Shown here piece by piece: positions 26,464-38,909 of a DNA stretch of 64,000 bases. Position 1 is the stretch's first letter. The number at the start of each line of letters is the position of its first letter. A program made the translations under genes and the position numbers. The notes below the pieces were generated by a model. It had not been told where the DNA came from. It saw nothing but the letters and a program-made list of their open reading frames with translations, and did no database searches. The DNA comes from Octopus sinensis (taxonomy: Eukaryota), in contig NC_043005.1 of assembly GCF_006345805.1 (NCBI RefSeq), forward strand, positions 28,396,001-28,460,000. The letters are read 5' to 3'.

Positions 26464-28254
26464 ATGGACTTGGAGAAAGCCTTTGACAGGGTTCCCCGTT
26501 CCCTTATCTGGTGGTCGATGCGGAAACTGGAGATTGACGAATGGCTAATAAGGGCTGTACAGGCTCTATACAGAGAAGCTGTCAGCAAGGTTAGGATTGG
26601 CAACGAATATAGTGAAGAATTCCGGGTAGAAGTAGGTGTGCACCAAGGCTCAGCCCTCAGTCCCCTTTTATTCATCATAGTCCTCCAGGCAATAACAGAG
26701 GAATTCAAAACAGGATGCCCCTGGGAGCTCCTCTATGCTGATGACCTGGCTCTCATAGCAGAATCACTACCGGAACTAGAAAAGAAATTTCGGGTGTGGA
26801 AGCAAGGGTTAGAATCAAAGGGCCTTAGAGTAAATGTAGCAAAGACCAAAGTTATAGTAAGCAGAAAGGCGAACTCAGCACACACCCCCTCGGGCAGGTG
26901 GCCCTGTTCAATCTGTAGGAAAGGTGTAGGTAGAAACTCCATAAGATGCACCCAATGTAAGCTATGGACGCACAAGAGGTGCAGCAACATTAAAGGGAAA
27001 TTAACAGATAAGATAGCTTTCATGTGCAGGGACAATAGACACCACAGACACTCAGAAAACAGATTCCATCACACTCCAGGAAGAGAAACTAGAAGTAGTT
27101 GATAGTTTCCGCTACCTGGGTGACCAAGTTAGTAGTGGAGGTGGATGCACAGAGAGTATCACCACTAGAATACGAATAGCCTGGGCAAAGTTCAGAAAGC
27201 TCCTACCCCTACTGGCGACAAAGGGTCTCTCGCTCAGAGCGAAAGATAGATTGTATGATGCATGTGTGCGAACTGCCATGCTTCACGGTAGTGAAACATG
27301 GGCTGTGACTGCAGAGGACATGCGTAGACTTGAAAGAAATGAAGCTAGCATGATCTGCTGGATGTGTAATGTCAGTGTGCACGCACGACAGAGTGTAAGC
27401 ACCCTGAGAGAAATGCTGGATATAAGAAGTATCAGATGTGGTGTGCAAGAGCGACGCTTGCGATGGTATGGTCATGTGCTGCAAATGAATGAGGAGAGAT
27501 GTGTGAAGAAGTGCCACTCCCAAACAGTTGAAGGTATCAGGGGGAGAGGTAGACCCAGGAAGACATGGGATGAGGTAGTCAAGCATGACCTCAGAGCATT
27601 GGGCCTCACTGAGGTAATGGCGAAGGACCGAGATCTCTGGAGATATGCTGTGACTGCAAAGACCCGGGCTGCTTCCTGCATCAGTTCCGCATAGCCCCTG
27701 CCCATTCAAAGTACCCTGAACGTCCCGCTGTGCTTGAGGAGACCTGTTGAGTCAAGTACATGAACATGAATGTCGAAATAAATATCAATGGAAATAGTAG
27801 TTGTGGTGCCCGTGCCGGTGGCACATAAAAAGCACCATCCGAACGTGGCTGGTGCCAGCGCCGCCCCGACTGGCTTCTGTGCGGTGGCACATAAAAAGCA
27901 CCATCCGAACATGGCCGATGCCAGCGCCGCTCCGACTGGCTTCTGTGCCGGTGGCACATAAAAAGCACCATCCGAACGTTGCCAGCGCTGCCTTGGCTGG
28001 CTTCCGTGCCGCTGGCACGTTAAAAGCTCCAACCGATCGTGGCCGATGCCGGACCCCTCCTGGCACCTGTGCAGGTGGCACGTAAAAAGCACCCACTACA
28101 CTCGCAGAGTGGTTGGCGTTAGGAAGGGCATCCAGCCGTAGAAACTCTGCCAGATCAGACTGGAGCCTGGAGCAGCCCCTGGCTTCCCAGACCCCGGTCG
28201 AACTGTCCAACCCGTGCTAGTGCAGAAAACGGACGTTAAACGATGATGATGATG
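26464..28254 (+). mobile_element. 5'-truncated RTE-clade LINE
   Basis: DLEKAFDRVP, GVHQGSALSPLLF, LLYADD, a Cys/His finger, ERRLRWYGHV and RGRGRPRKTW, then a repetitive 3' UTR and (GAT)n tail. Confidence 0.92.
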
Positions 28255-28255
28255 A

Positions 28256-29820
28256 ATCAACCTAGCCAAAACCAAAGTCCTAATAAGTAGGAAGGTAGAC
28301 CAATCACAAACGCCTTCAGGTAGATGGCCCTGCTCGATCTGTAGAAAAGGTGTAGGTAGAAACTCTATAAGATGCACCAAATGTAAGCTATGGACACATA
28401 AGAGATGTAGTAATGTTAAAGGAAGACTAACTAGGAAAATAGTTTTTATCTGTGGCAGATGCTCAGGAGCAATAAACTCTGAAAATATGCAGAGACCAAC
28501 TTCTACCACGTTCCAGGGAGAAAAATCTAGAAGTAGTTGATAGCTTCCGCTACCTAGGTGACCAAGTCAGTAGCGGGGGTGGGTGTGCTGAAAGTGTAAC
28601 TGCTAGAGTAAGAATAGCCTGGGCAAAGTTTAGAGAGCTCTTACCCTTGATGGTGACAAAAGGCCTCTCGCTCAAAGTAAAAGGCAGACTGTATGATGCA
28701 TGTGTACGTACAGCCATGCTACATGGTAGTGAAACTTGGGCTGTGACTGCTGAGAATTTGCGTAAGCTCGCAAGAAATGAAGCTAGTATGCTCCGATGGA
28801 TGTGTAATGTCAGTGTTCATAATCGACAGAGTGTAAGTACCTTGAGAGAAAAGTTGGACCTAAGAAGCATCAGTTGTTGTGTGCAAGAGAGACGTTTGCG
28901 CTGGTATGGTCATGTGACGAGAATGGCTGAAGATAGTTGTGTGCGAAAGTGCCACACCCTGGCAGTTGAGGGGACCTGTGGAAGAGGTAGACCCAGGTTT
29001 TCCTGCGTCGAGGTGGTGAAGCACGACCTTCGAACTTTAGGTCTCACCAAGGAAATGACCAGAGACCGAGACCTATGGAAGTATGCTATGCGTGAGAAAA
29101 CCTGGCAAGACCAGTGAGAACAGTCAAAATCAAAATCAAACCAAATCAATTCATATATCAGAAAGCAGAACCAAATTGAGGTCGATCAACATCAGTGGAA
29201 ATTGCAGCTGTGGTTAAGCAAACCATCCGATCGTGGTCGTTGCCGGCACCGCCCCGTCTAGCCTCCGTGTCGGTGGCACGTAAAAGCACCATCTGTTCGC
29301 GTCCGTTGCCAGCCTCGCTTGGCCCCCACGCCGGTGACACGTAAAAGCACCATCCGTTCGTGGCTGTTTGCCAGCTCTGTCTGGCCCCCGTGTCGGTGGC
29401 ACGTAAAAGCACCATCCGTTCGTGTCCATTGCTAGCCTCGCCTGGCCCCCGTGCCGGTGACACGTAAAAGCACCATCCGTTTCGTGGCCGTTTGCCAGCT
29501 CTGTCTGGCCCCCGTGTCGGTGGCACGTAAAAGCACCATCCGTTCGTGTCCGTTGCCAGCCTCGCCTGGCCCCCGTGCCGGTGACACGTAAAAGCACCAT
29601 CCGTTTGTGGCCGTTTGCCAGCTCTGTCTGGCACCTGTGCGGGTGGCACGTAAAAAGCACCCACTACACTCATGGAGTAGTTGGCGTTAGGAAGGGCATC
29701 CAGCCGTAGAAACACTGCCAGATCTGACTGGGCCTGATGAACCCTTCCAGCTTCACAGACCCCAGTTGAACTGTCCAACCCATGCTAGCATGGAAAACGG
29801 ACGCTAAATGATGATGATGA
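28256..29820 (+). mobile_element. 5'-truncated RTE-clade LINE directly after the previous tail
   Basis: Starts at NLAKTKVL and includes the finger, C-terminal ORF 28647-29117, 3' UTR repeats and (GAT)n. Confidence 0.9.
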
Positions 29821-29852
29821 TATATATATATAAGGATATAGATATATAACAC

Positions 29853-30750
29853 TTGACAGAGAGTTAGTGCCTTGAGAGAAAGGTTGGACCTAAGAAGCAT
29901 CAGATGTGGTGTGCAAGAGAGATGACTGCGCTGGTATGGTCATGTGGTGAGAATGGATGTGGATAGATGTGTGAAAAAGTTCCACACCCTAGCAATTGAG
30001 GGAACCTGTAGAAGAGGTAGACCCAGGAAGACATGGGAGAGGTGGTGAAGCATGACCTTCAAATATTGGGCCTCACCGAGGCAATGACTAGTGACCAGGA
30101 CCTCTGGAAATATGCTGTGCTTGAGGAGACTCAGCAAGCGCAAGTGAGACCATAACCTTCTCAGCAAGCGCAAGTGAGATCATAACCTTGTGGCCTATGC
30201 CAGTGGTGTAACCAGTCCACTTATGCGTGCCTTTCCTTCATTGGACACTAAACTCTGTTTGTGAAGACCAGTTGAGGCAAGTGAAATCGAAATCAAACTC
30301 GGTGACTGGCATCCGTTGCTAGTGGAGCGCTAAGATTACCATATGAGTGAGATCGTTGACAGAGCAACAAGCAGGCCTTTGTGCCAATGACACGTTAAAA
30401 ACACCATTCGAGCGTGATAGTTACCTGCATCGCCTTACTAGCACTTGTGCTGGGGGCATATGAAAAAGCATTTGAGCGAGGTTGTTGCCAGTGCCGCTGG
30501 ACTGGCTCCTGTGCAGGTGGCATATAAAAAGCACCATTTGAGTGTGGGTGTTGCCAGTACCACCTAACTGACCCTCGTGCCGGTGACACGTAAAAGCATC
30601 CACTACACTCTCGGAGTGGTTGGCATTAGGAAGGGCATCCAGCTGTAGAAACTCTGTCAGATCAGATTGGAGTCTGGTTCGCCAGACCTCAGTCAAATCG
30701 TCCAACCCATGCTAGCATGGAAAGTGGACATTAAACGATGATGATGATGA
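29853..30750 (+). mobile_element. Short 5'-truncated RTE-clade LINE
   Basis: C-terminal RWYGHVVRM...GRGRPRKTW segment, 3' UTR and (GAT)n tail. Confidence 0.85.
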
Positions 30751-30789
30751 GAACTTTAGGTTAGTTAAAATATGTTTGTGACATATTTC

Positions 30790-32230
30790 AACTTCTAAAG
30801 GGTAATTTGCTGCAGTTACCATGGAGAAAAAAGTCCTCTTTTGTGGTAAAAAGCTGTAAAAACATCATATCTGTGTAGTGCTGCCCCTGTGAGAATCTCA
30901 TACCTGCACAGTGTTGCACATGGAATGTTGCATCATTACTTATGTGGATTACCAAGTCATGCACCAACTCTGACTCTGGAATTGCACTACTTTCTGATCT
31001 TGTTATTCTGATTGTAGTCTATTTGTATGTTGCATTCAGGTCGTTTTGCAGATTTAGTATATCATCAGGGTCTTTGACTACCTGTGATACTTTTGCATCA
31101 TCAGCATAGCAGGTGAAAATGGCTGATTGTTTGGCTGAGGGCATGACTGAGAGAGCTGCCACAAACAGTAGTGGTCCTAGTACAGTTCCTCGAGGGATTC
31201 CGCAACAAATTGTTGTCTCCCCAGAAAGACTATCATTGGCTCAACTGTCTGACATCTGCCTTTTAAAAAGTCATGCAATCACTCTACTAGTTTTCTAGCA
31301 ATACCAAGCCCACACTGTTTATGACATATCATCCCATGATCAACTTCTTAAAAGGCCTTGATAAAGTCAAGATATATCACATCCACATTTGAGTGGTTGA
31401 GTTGCTGTTTCAATACCCAGTCAGTGCTGTAGAGCTGTGTAAAGTAGCTCTTCTCTGGATGGCAGCCATGTTGTGTTTATAAGCAATTTATTTTCTTCCA
31501 GGAATGTGATCAGCCTCCTTCTGACAATGCATTCCATGACCTTGCTAACACATGAAGTCAGAGAGATAAGCCTGTAATTTTTAGCATCTGCTCTGTTTCC
31601 TCCTTTATGGACAGGGCATATTATATCTTTTAACAATTTGGGAAGTTTACCTTATGCAAGGAAACTCTGAAAAAGTATCTGCAGTGGTTTTGTGAGAGCT
31701 TTCTCACAAGTCTTTAAAGATCAGCTGGAAACCCACCTGGTCCTATTGCCGAGTTCAATTCCTCTCATCGGTGTCTCATATTACAGCTTCCTCTTTTATG
31801 TTGATGTAATCAATGGCTGCTTCTTGCCCATATAGATCTGCAGTGTTGAAACACTCATCAGGCTTGCTTATTGGCATATTTCCCTGTGGAGAGGTGAAGA
31901 CATTTTGGGGTTGTTTATTTAGCATTTCACTTATCCTCCTGGGGTTTGCAGTTAATGAACTGTCTTCTTCAAACAGTGGCTCTGTCTTGTAGTGCACGGA
32001 GGCAGATTCTTTCACAAACCTGTAGAAAGCTTTAGAATTCTTTTTTATATTTTCCACCTCGCTGGTTTCTCTTTCTACCCTTTCCTCTTCATAAGAGAAT
32101 CTGAGTTTATTTTCCATTTCTAAAAGTGCCTCTTTGAAGAGGGATTTGTCACTGTCATTAAGTTGTTTATTTACACGATTGGAGATCTTTATTCTCCATC
32201 CCATAAGGACTCTCCTGTCTCAAAGAATGT
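30790..32230 (-). mobile_element. Decayed CR1/L2-like LINE RT fragment
   Basis: ICPVHKGGNRADAKNYRLISLTS and a YADDAK motif at about 31090-31107 on the minus strand. Confidence 0.8.
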
Positions 32231-32837
32231 TTTTGTATGCAGTGGCTCTCTTTTCAGGGACAAGTTTAATGCATACGGCTTACATTATTGACATGATTTT
32301 TTAAGTTTCATATCTTCTACTGGTAGACTTTTAAGCCAATTTTGCTGGAGTATCTGTATTTTAGATATATTTTTTATAACCCAGGTTTCTTTGTCTGCTC
32401 TTTTTTAAAATATTTTAAACATTTACTGATGAATATGATAATATTATTTCTTTCCAATATATGATGGCTAAAACAAATAAAGGAACAGGGTCTCAGATTT
32501 TAAGGGAGGACAGTGGGAGTTTGGGATTATTTATTTTGTATTGTTTTGTGAACAGTAGGGTTGTTGGTTATAGGTTTCCAAGGAGTCTACTTCTGGTCCA
32601 CTGCATTTATTATAACAAGACTGATAAGGGATATTTTGAACACCCCTTCAAAGAACAATTATAAGAGGCTTTGTTCAAAAGTAGAATGTGTTAACATTGG
32701 AAGAGGTGTCGTTGTCATCATCATCAGTGTTTATGCATTATCCAGGTAAAGTTGCCAAAAAAAATTATAAATGTATATTTGTTTAAATGGATTCTAGGAA
32801 TGATGTGATTGGTCTCATTTCTGGTTTCTCATTACAG

Positions 32838-33755
32838 GTTGTGTCATGGCTCAGTTTGGAACTGGAAACTATTGCTGAACTTGAAGAACATGTGAATGCC
32901 ATCACAAATAAAGATGATTTTAGTTCATTTTTGTTGGAAGTCAGTGCCCTCCTGCGGGAACTAGACTGCCCTTATCAAACTCTCATATCAGGGCCAGTTG
33001 AAGAGAGATTAAACAACCGTGAATCCCGTTTGAAACTTCTTGATTATCTTACATCTGAACTGTCCAGTTCTAGAATCATCTACATCAACAAACCCACTCC
33101 TTTAATTGTGGGAGAGAAAAAAAGGAAACAAGACGATGAAACAGAAGTGGCATTCTTGCTGAAAACTGCCCTAACCACATTGGATCTCAGTAACACACCA
33201 GTTGATGTCAAGCCAGAAAAACTCTTTGCAGATATTGAAAGTACACTGAAGAATATCATAGAAAATTATCCCAACAGTGTCGAGAAATGTGCTCTGACAC
33301 ACTCGCTTACTGCTGAACAATGGGCGAAACTTGATGAAATAATTACCAGCTTGAACTGTGAGTATGAAGTGAGACGAGAGATGTTGCTTAAAAGAATTGA
33401 TGTCACAGTTCAGTCATTCATGTGGTCTAAGTCGTTAACTAACGAAATTCTCAAGGTCTATACCCCTAAACGAGGTAAGCTGCAATCAAAATGTCCCATG
33501 TCCATCCCAATGCTGTTGTCCAGTAGACAGAGCCTTTTAAATCACCAGAAAACCAGCAGTGGGAAGGAAAGGGAGGTAACCAAGTGTGAAATTAATAAAG
33601 TGTTGATTGGCAGTGTACCAGATCGTGGAGGTCGGGCTTGGGAATATGACATCCCAAGAGAAATGCCTTCCTTCAAGAAGAGGGCTGAGGGAGGAGGAGG
33701 AAGAGGAGGTCGTCGGGGTGGGTTTGGGAAAGATAAGAAATTCCGTAAATATTAA
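32838..33755 (+). CDS. FAM98: FAM98-family protein, coding exon 2 (DUF2465 domain and short RGG tail)
   Basis: Acceptor attacag ends at 32837. Hallmark segments include LLEVSALLRELDCPY, EYEVRREMLLKRIDVTVQSF, TSSG...CEINKVLIGSVPDRGGR and GGRGGRRGG. Confidence 0.95.
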   Translation, partial: VVSWLSLELETIAELEEHVNAITNKDDFSSFLLEVSALLRELDCPYQTLISGPVEERLNNRESRLKLLDYLTSELSSSRIIYINKPTPLIVGEKKRKQDDETEVAFLLKTALTTLDLSNTPVDVKPEKLFADIESTLKNIIENYPNSVEKCALTHSLTAEQWAKLDEIITSLNCEYEVRREMLLKRIDVTVQSFMWSKSLTNEILKVYTPKRGKLQSKCPMSIPMLLSSRQSLLNHQKTSSGKEREVTKCEINKVLIGSVPDRGGRAWEYDIPREMPSFKKRAEGGGGRGGRRGGFGKDKKFRKY

Positions 33756-34029
33756 AATCATTTTTCACACTTGTACAATTTTGTTTGTCATTTTATTATT
33801 ATTTTTTCTCAAATTCCCCTACAGTCAACTTTGCTTTCCGTCCTTTCGGGTTTGAAAGAAAAAAGTATCAGTTGACCACTGGAGTCGATCTAATCTATCT
33901 CTCCTTCCCCTGAAATTGCTGGCTTTGTGCCAAAACTTGAAAGCATCATTATCATCACACATCTCAGACTGATTGTATGTCAATATCTTTTGATCAGGAG
34001 CAACCATGGGTCCTGTCAACTTACTCATT

Positions 34030-34740
34030 CCAGTTACATCGACATTAATCTGCTCAAAATCCTGGCTGTTGTTCCAAGTAATGCTGTTTTCTGGAGCATC
34101 TCAGTCTTGATAGTGAGTCTAAGTTTTCCAAGCCACATCTGAAATTGGTTTGTCATCTTTCTAAGTGCCCCTATCACGACAGATATAATCTCCACTTTTC
34201 TCAGTTCCCACTTCCGTGCTATTTCATGTTTCAAATCTTGGTGCCTATCCATTTTGTCCTTCATTTTCTCTACCACACAGATATTTCCTAGAATAGCAAT
34301 ATCAATAACCAGCAATGTCTTCCTTCTTTCTCAATCAGGATCAAATCAGGTCTTCTTACCTCAGTCAGATTGTCACATTACACATTGAAATCCCATAGTA
34401 ATTTCACTATATTGTTTTCCGTTAAAGTAGGTGGCTGGTGTTCATAACTCTTGTTCTAGGTTGTATTTCCTACATAAAAAATAATGTACAATTTGAGAAA
34501 CATTGTCATACTGTCTCTTGTACTCCTGCTGTGACATTGCATTGTAACAGAATTTACCTTTTTATCCCACACCCTCCTTGTAATCATTTGATGATGGTTG
34601 AGTCTACCCTTCGAGACATGGCACCTTCACTGTTGGTGCCAGTCCCGTTAACATCATTATTTGTTGAATCATTATTAGACATTTTCACTCCTGAATAAGG
34701 TTGTTTTTAGGTTAACCACCAACCAGTGTTATTTTCGAGA
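34030..34740 (-). mobile_element. 3' fragment of an RLE-type (R4/Dong-like) non-LTR retrotransposon
   Basis: LWDFNV...RRPDLILIEK, IDIAI...QDLKHEIARKW...VVIGAL and LQKTALLGTARIL motifs. Confidence 0.7.
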
Positions 34741-34894
34741 CACCGTCTCTAGAAAGATTGCCAATGAGTTCTTTCTACTCACGAGGCAAGGCTATTTATT
34801 CCCCACCAAATGCCAGCCTGATACTTCAAGACTACGGAGATTGACTTTGCCTTTCATCTTTTCAGGGTCAATAGAATAAGTACAAGTCAGATAT

Positions 34895-35290
34895 TCATCA
34901 TCATCGATTAACGTCTGTTTTCCATGCTGGCATGGGTTGGATGGTTTGACTGAGGTCTGGAGAGCCAGTGGCTGTGCCAGGCTCCAATCTGGTCTGGCAA
35001 GGTTTCTACAGCTGGATGCCCTTCCTAATGCCAACCATTCTGAGAGTGTAGTGAGTGCTCTTTACGTTCCACTGGCATGTGGGCCAGTCAGGCAGTACTG
35101 GCATTGACCACGCTTGAATGATGCTTTTTACGTGCCACCGGCACAGGAGCTAGTCAGAGGGTACTGGCATCGGTCATGATCAGTCAGTGCTTTTTATGTG
35201 CTACTGGCACAGGAGCCAGTCAGGGGGTACTGGCATTAACCATGTTCGGATGGTGCTTTTTATGTGCCATGGCACGGGAGCCAGGGGGGG
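34895..35290 (-). mobile_element. RTE 3' UTR/tail fragment
   Basis: Reverse complement of the aagggcatccagc...catggaaa tail, with gtggcacgtaaaaagca repeats. Confidence 0.7.
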
Positions 35291-37753
35291 GGGGCATTGG
35301 CCCCAGCTACAGTATTGGTTTTACTTGGGTCAATGTAATCAATTATCCCCCTCTCCCCAAATTTTGGGCCTTGTGCCCATAGTAGAAAGGACTATCATTA
35401 TTATTAAAATGGCAAACTGGCAGAATCATTGGCATGCTGGACAAACTGCTTATCAACATTCCATCCATCTTTATGTCCTGAGTTCAAATTCTGCCAAAGT
35501 TTACTTTGCCTTTTGTGGGGCAATGAAATAAGCACCAGTTGAACACTAGGGCTCAATGTAATCGACTAGCCCCCTCCCTTTCCAAATTTCAGGCTTTGTG
35601 GCTTTAGTAGATAGGATCATTATTAGTAATATTAGTATTGTGTTCTGTGTAGTTCGTTTGGTCTTCCCTGAAGGTTTCTTAATTACTTCCTGCAACCTGT
35701 TCAGTTAACTTGATCCAGATTTTATTGTTTCTTAATATTTTTCTGTTTCTTTCTCCAAATTAGCTGAAGGATTTTAGATTTTAGAGGTGCTGGTGTGGCT
35801 GAGAAGTTTGTTTCTCAATTACATAATTTAGGGTTCAGTTCCACTGCATGTCACCTATTGTAGCTCTGGGCCAGAAAAATTCTAGGGAGTGGATTTGGCA
35901 GACAGAAACTGAAAGAAGCCTGTTTGTGTATATGTGTGTTAATGTTTTTGTAGTAGTTGTAAATGAGTCACAATCATACAAGCAGTGTCATTTCCAATCT
36001 TCTGTGGAAATATGTCCAGCCATGGGGAAATATTACTTGGAAACGGGTTTGGCTAGATTTATGACTTGAGTCTAATTAGGTGGACAGAGGCCATTTTTTA
36101 AAAGTTCTTGAGCTTGTCAATGAGGACTGCATTAGATATTTCAACAGATGTATTCCTATTTCTAAACTTGATGTTTGACATCTTCGGTATGGTCATCGTG
36201 ATACTTGAGCCAAAGCTGAAGCAGGTTTGATGATTCACAGCACCACAACATCTTAACAGCATGGTGAAAAGAACACTAAAACTCTTGGTTATTTGAGACA
36301 TAGAAGCTTTTATGTTGCATCCTATTGGCTATCATTCTCCAGCAAATCCAAGCATAAAGCATCTCTCTCTTTCTGTGGATAGTGCAAACTTTGTGATTGG
36401 TTTAGTTAAAGATTACGAAATAAACCTAAGCCTCCCAATTGATGGAAAAGTCATAGAAAGAATCCTTTGTGTTTGCTGAGGTGAACTGTACTCTTTTCCA
36501 ATGGTCTTGTCAACAGTTATGTCAGGTTGACTTGCAATAGGGGTACCTTGTTTTCTACATCACCATTGCTTGTTTCAAGTATTGTAAGAAGAAGCCTGAT
36601 AGTATAGTAATATTTTTGCCAGGGGATCAAGTTAGAGCAAGGCTGTCCCTTTGACTTTGTACTTGTTATGCAGTAATTATTTGGCCATTTTCCAAATTGT
36701 TGACCACAAGGGTATCTTCATGAATAGGAAAAATGAAAAAGTGCCAGAAAACCCCTCAGCTGCTGAATTTGTCCTTGATGGAATTAGTTAGCTTCATCTC
36801 AACTTTTTGTTGTATCAGAACAAAAATTGCAGAATCAGATTCTTTGATTACATATTTAATAAACTTTTGAATTTCAGAACTCAAAATTGATTTATGCATT
36901 GAATGTTTTGGTTACAAGTGGACAATACAGTACTATCTGTTGTTAATTTCATGCTGTCAAACTAAAGTGTGGGAGCCTTTATCTTCTAGTGCTATTCTTT
37001 TGTCAAAAGATCTCAGCATATTGACCTGTTCTGGTCTCCTAAACAAAAGGCTTCAGTGTTTAGTCTTTCATGCAAAAGAATTCCTGTTGAGGTAACCACC
37101 AGAACAATGAACCATGTGTGTGAGGGTTGAACCAAAAGTGGACATTTTATTTGACTGACGTTATTCAAATTGCATGTATTAGTAGAGTAACTCTTTATAC
37201 AAAGTAGGACTCAACAAACTACATTTGCACCATTGTTCAACTCTCTTCTTGAATCCTCTTGGAAAAAAATTCAAAGACATACTGTTGTAGCCAATTCTTC
37301 ACAAGCACTTTCACATCATCATGTGTCATCAGATTATTGTCCCTAAAGGCTATTTTTCATTGGACTAAACTGGTAGAAGTCAGAGGAGACATGATCTGAA
37401 ATCTTTGGTTTCCAGTCTTTCAAGAAAAATATTGCCGGCTATAGTGTCTCCCTCAAAAACTCCACCAGACCCACATAAGAATGGGAAAGGGATTTAAAAC
37501 AATGAGATTGATCACTGATGTTACTAAATACTATGAAAAAATACAAAAAGATTTCTGCAAAGTGGTCTATAGTTTGTTCTTGTCTCGTAACTTTGCTGTT
37601 CAACAACTAAAGTTTGAATGACTATAAAATGAAATTAACAGAGGGTTAATATAGTCAACTAACACTTCTGTAAGTAGTGCCCCAGCATGGCTGCAGCTCA
37701 AAGGCTGAAGACAGCAAAAGACAAAGTCATACACACACAAGTGTGATTATATA

Positions 37754-38896
37754 TTAGGGTGTTTGGAAAGTAATTGTGTTTTTCCACCACTATGAAATAT
37801 GAATAAACCAATCATGTCAGAGCCAAGGTCAAATGGGTAGGAAATGTCTAGAAATGGTATATCATCTCTTCTGTCTGCTAGTGTGTCATTTATAGTTATT
37901 TTGGTAATTAACCCCAGGGAGGATAAGAACTTTATGAAACAACATATTCACCATAGCTTACTTTATGAGTTTCGAAAGAAAAGTACTGCTACAGAAGCTA
38001 TGAAAAACATTTGTGAAGTGTATCTGGATACAGTGAAAGCTCGTACATATCAGTTGTGGTTTAAAAGGTTTAAAGATCGCAACTGTGACATATCCGACAA
38101 GCCTCGCTATGGATGATGACCCATTCTGAATGAGACTATTGTATCAGATCCATGTCAAAGCACCAGAGATTTAGTGCAAAAAATTAATGTGTCATGTTCA
38201 ACTATTGGGCAAACATGCGAAGAGGGAATTTGGGTTCCACATGACCTTATGCTTGAGAACTGAACACAATGTTTCACCATCTGCAGCAGTCTTCTAACCA
38301 GGAATAACAACCTGTCATTTTTGCAAAATGGGCTTTGCATCACAACAGAAAGCAAAAAAGACATGGTGGAACATGAAAGTTATATGAGTTTCCTGGAACA
38401 TGGAAAGACCATCAATGCAGATATCTATTGCCAACAAGTTGATTGTGTAAATGAAAAATTATGTTGAAAGGGGCCAGCTTTGGTAAACAGAAAAGGTGTT
38501 ATTCTCCAGCATGACAATGCACAACCACACTCTTCAAATGAAACCCAAGGAAAAATAAGATTTGTTAGGATGGGAAGTTCCTCTACATTCTCCATACTCA
38601 TCTGACTTAGCAGCTATGGATTTCCATCTGTTTAGATTACCAGAACATTTTATGAGAGGCAAAACATTCTGAAAGAGAGAAGAAGTTGAAAACAGTCATT
38701 CAGACTTTTTTTTTTTTGTCAGGAAAAGAAATAAGTTTCTTTGAATGTGGCATAAAAAAGTTATTTTCCTGCTGGGCTGCAGTCATTGAAAAACGATGGT
38801 GATTACATTCTTGATTAAAACTATTCAGATAAACATAGTTTACATTAGTTTTTATATCCTTTCTGGTAAAATGCAATTAGTTCCCAAACACCCTGA
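37754..38896 (+). mobile_element. Degenerate mariner transposon
   Basis: TIRs ttagggtgtttggaaagtaattgtgtttt and aaaatgcaattagttcccaaacaccctga, with TA TSDs. Contains LLYEF...WFKRFK HTH, WVPHDL and a YSSDLA motif, plus stops and frameshifts. Confidence 0.88.
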
Positions 38897-38909
38897 TATA
38901 TATATATGC

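Noticed and set aside
32787-32837. ATG at 32787 as the FAM98 start
   Set aside because: MDSRNDVIGLISGFSLQ has no FAM98 similarity and ends in a pyrimidine-rich acceptor; the true N-terminus is at 17812.
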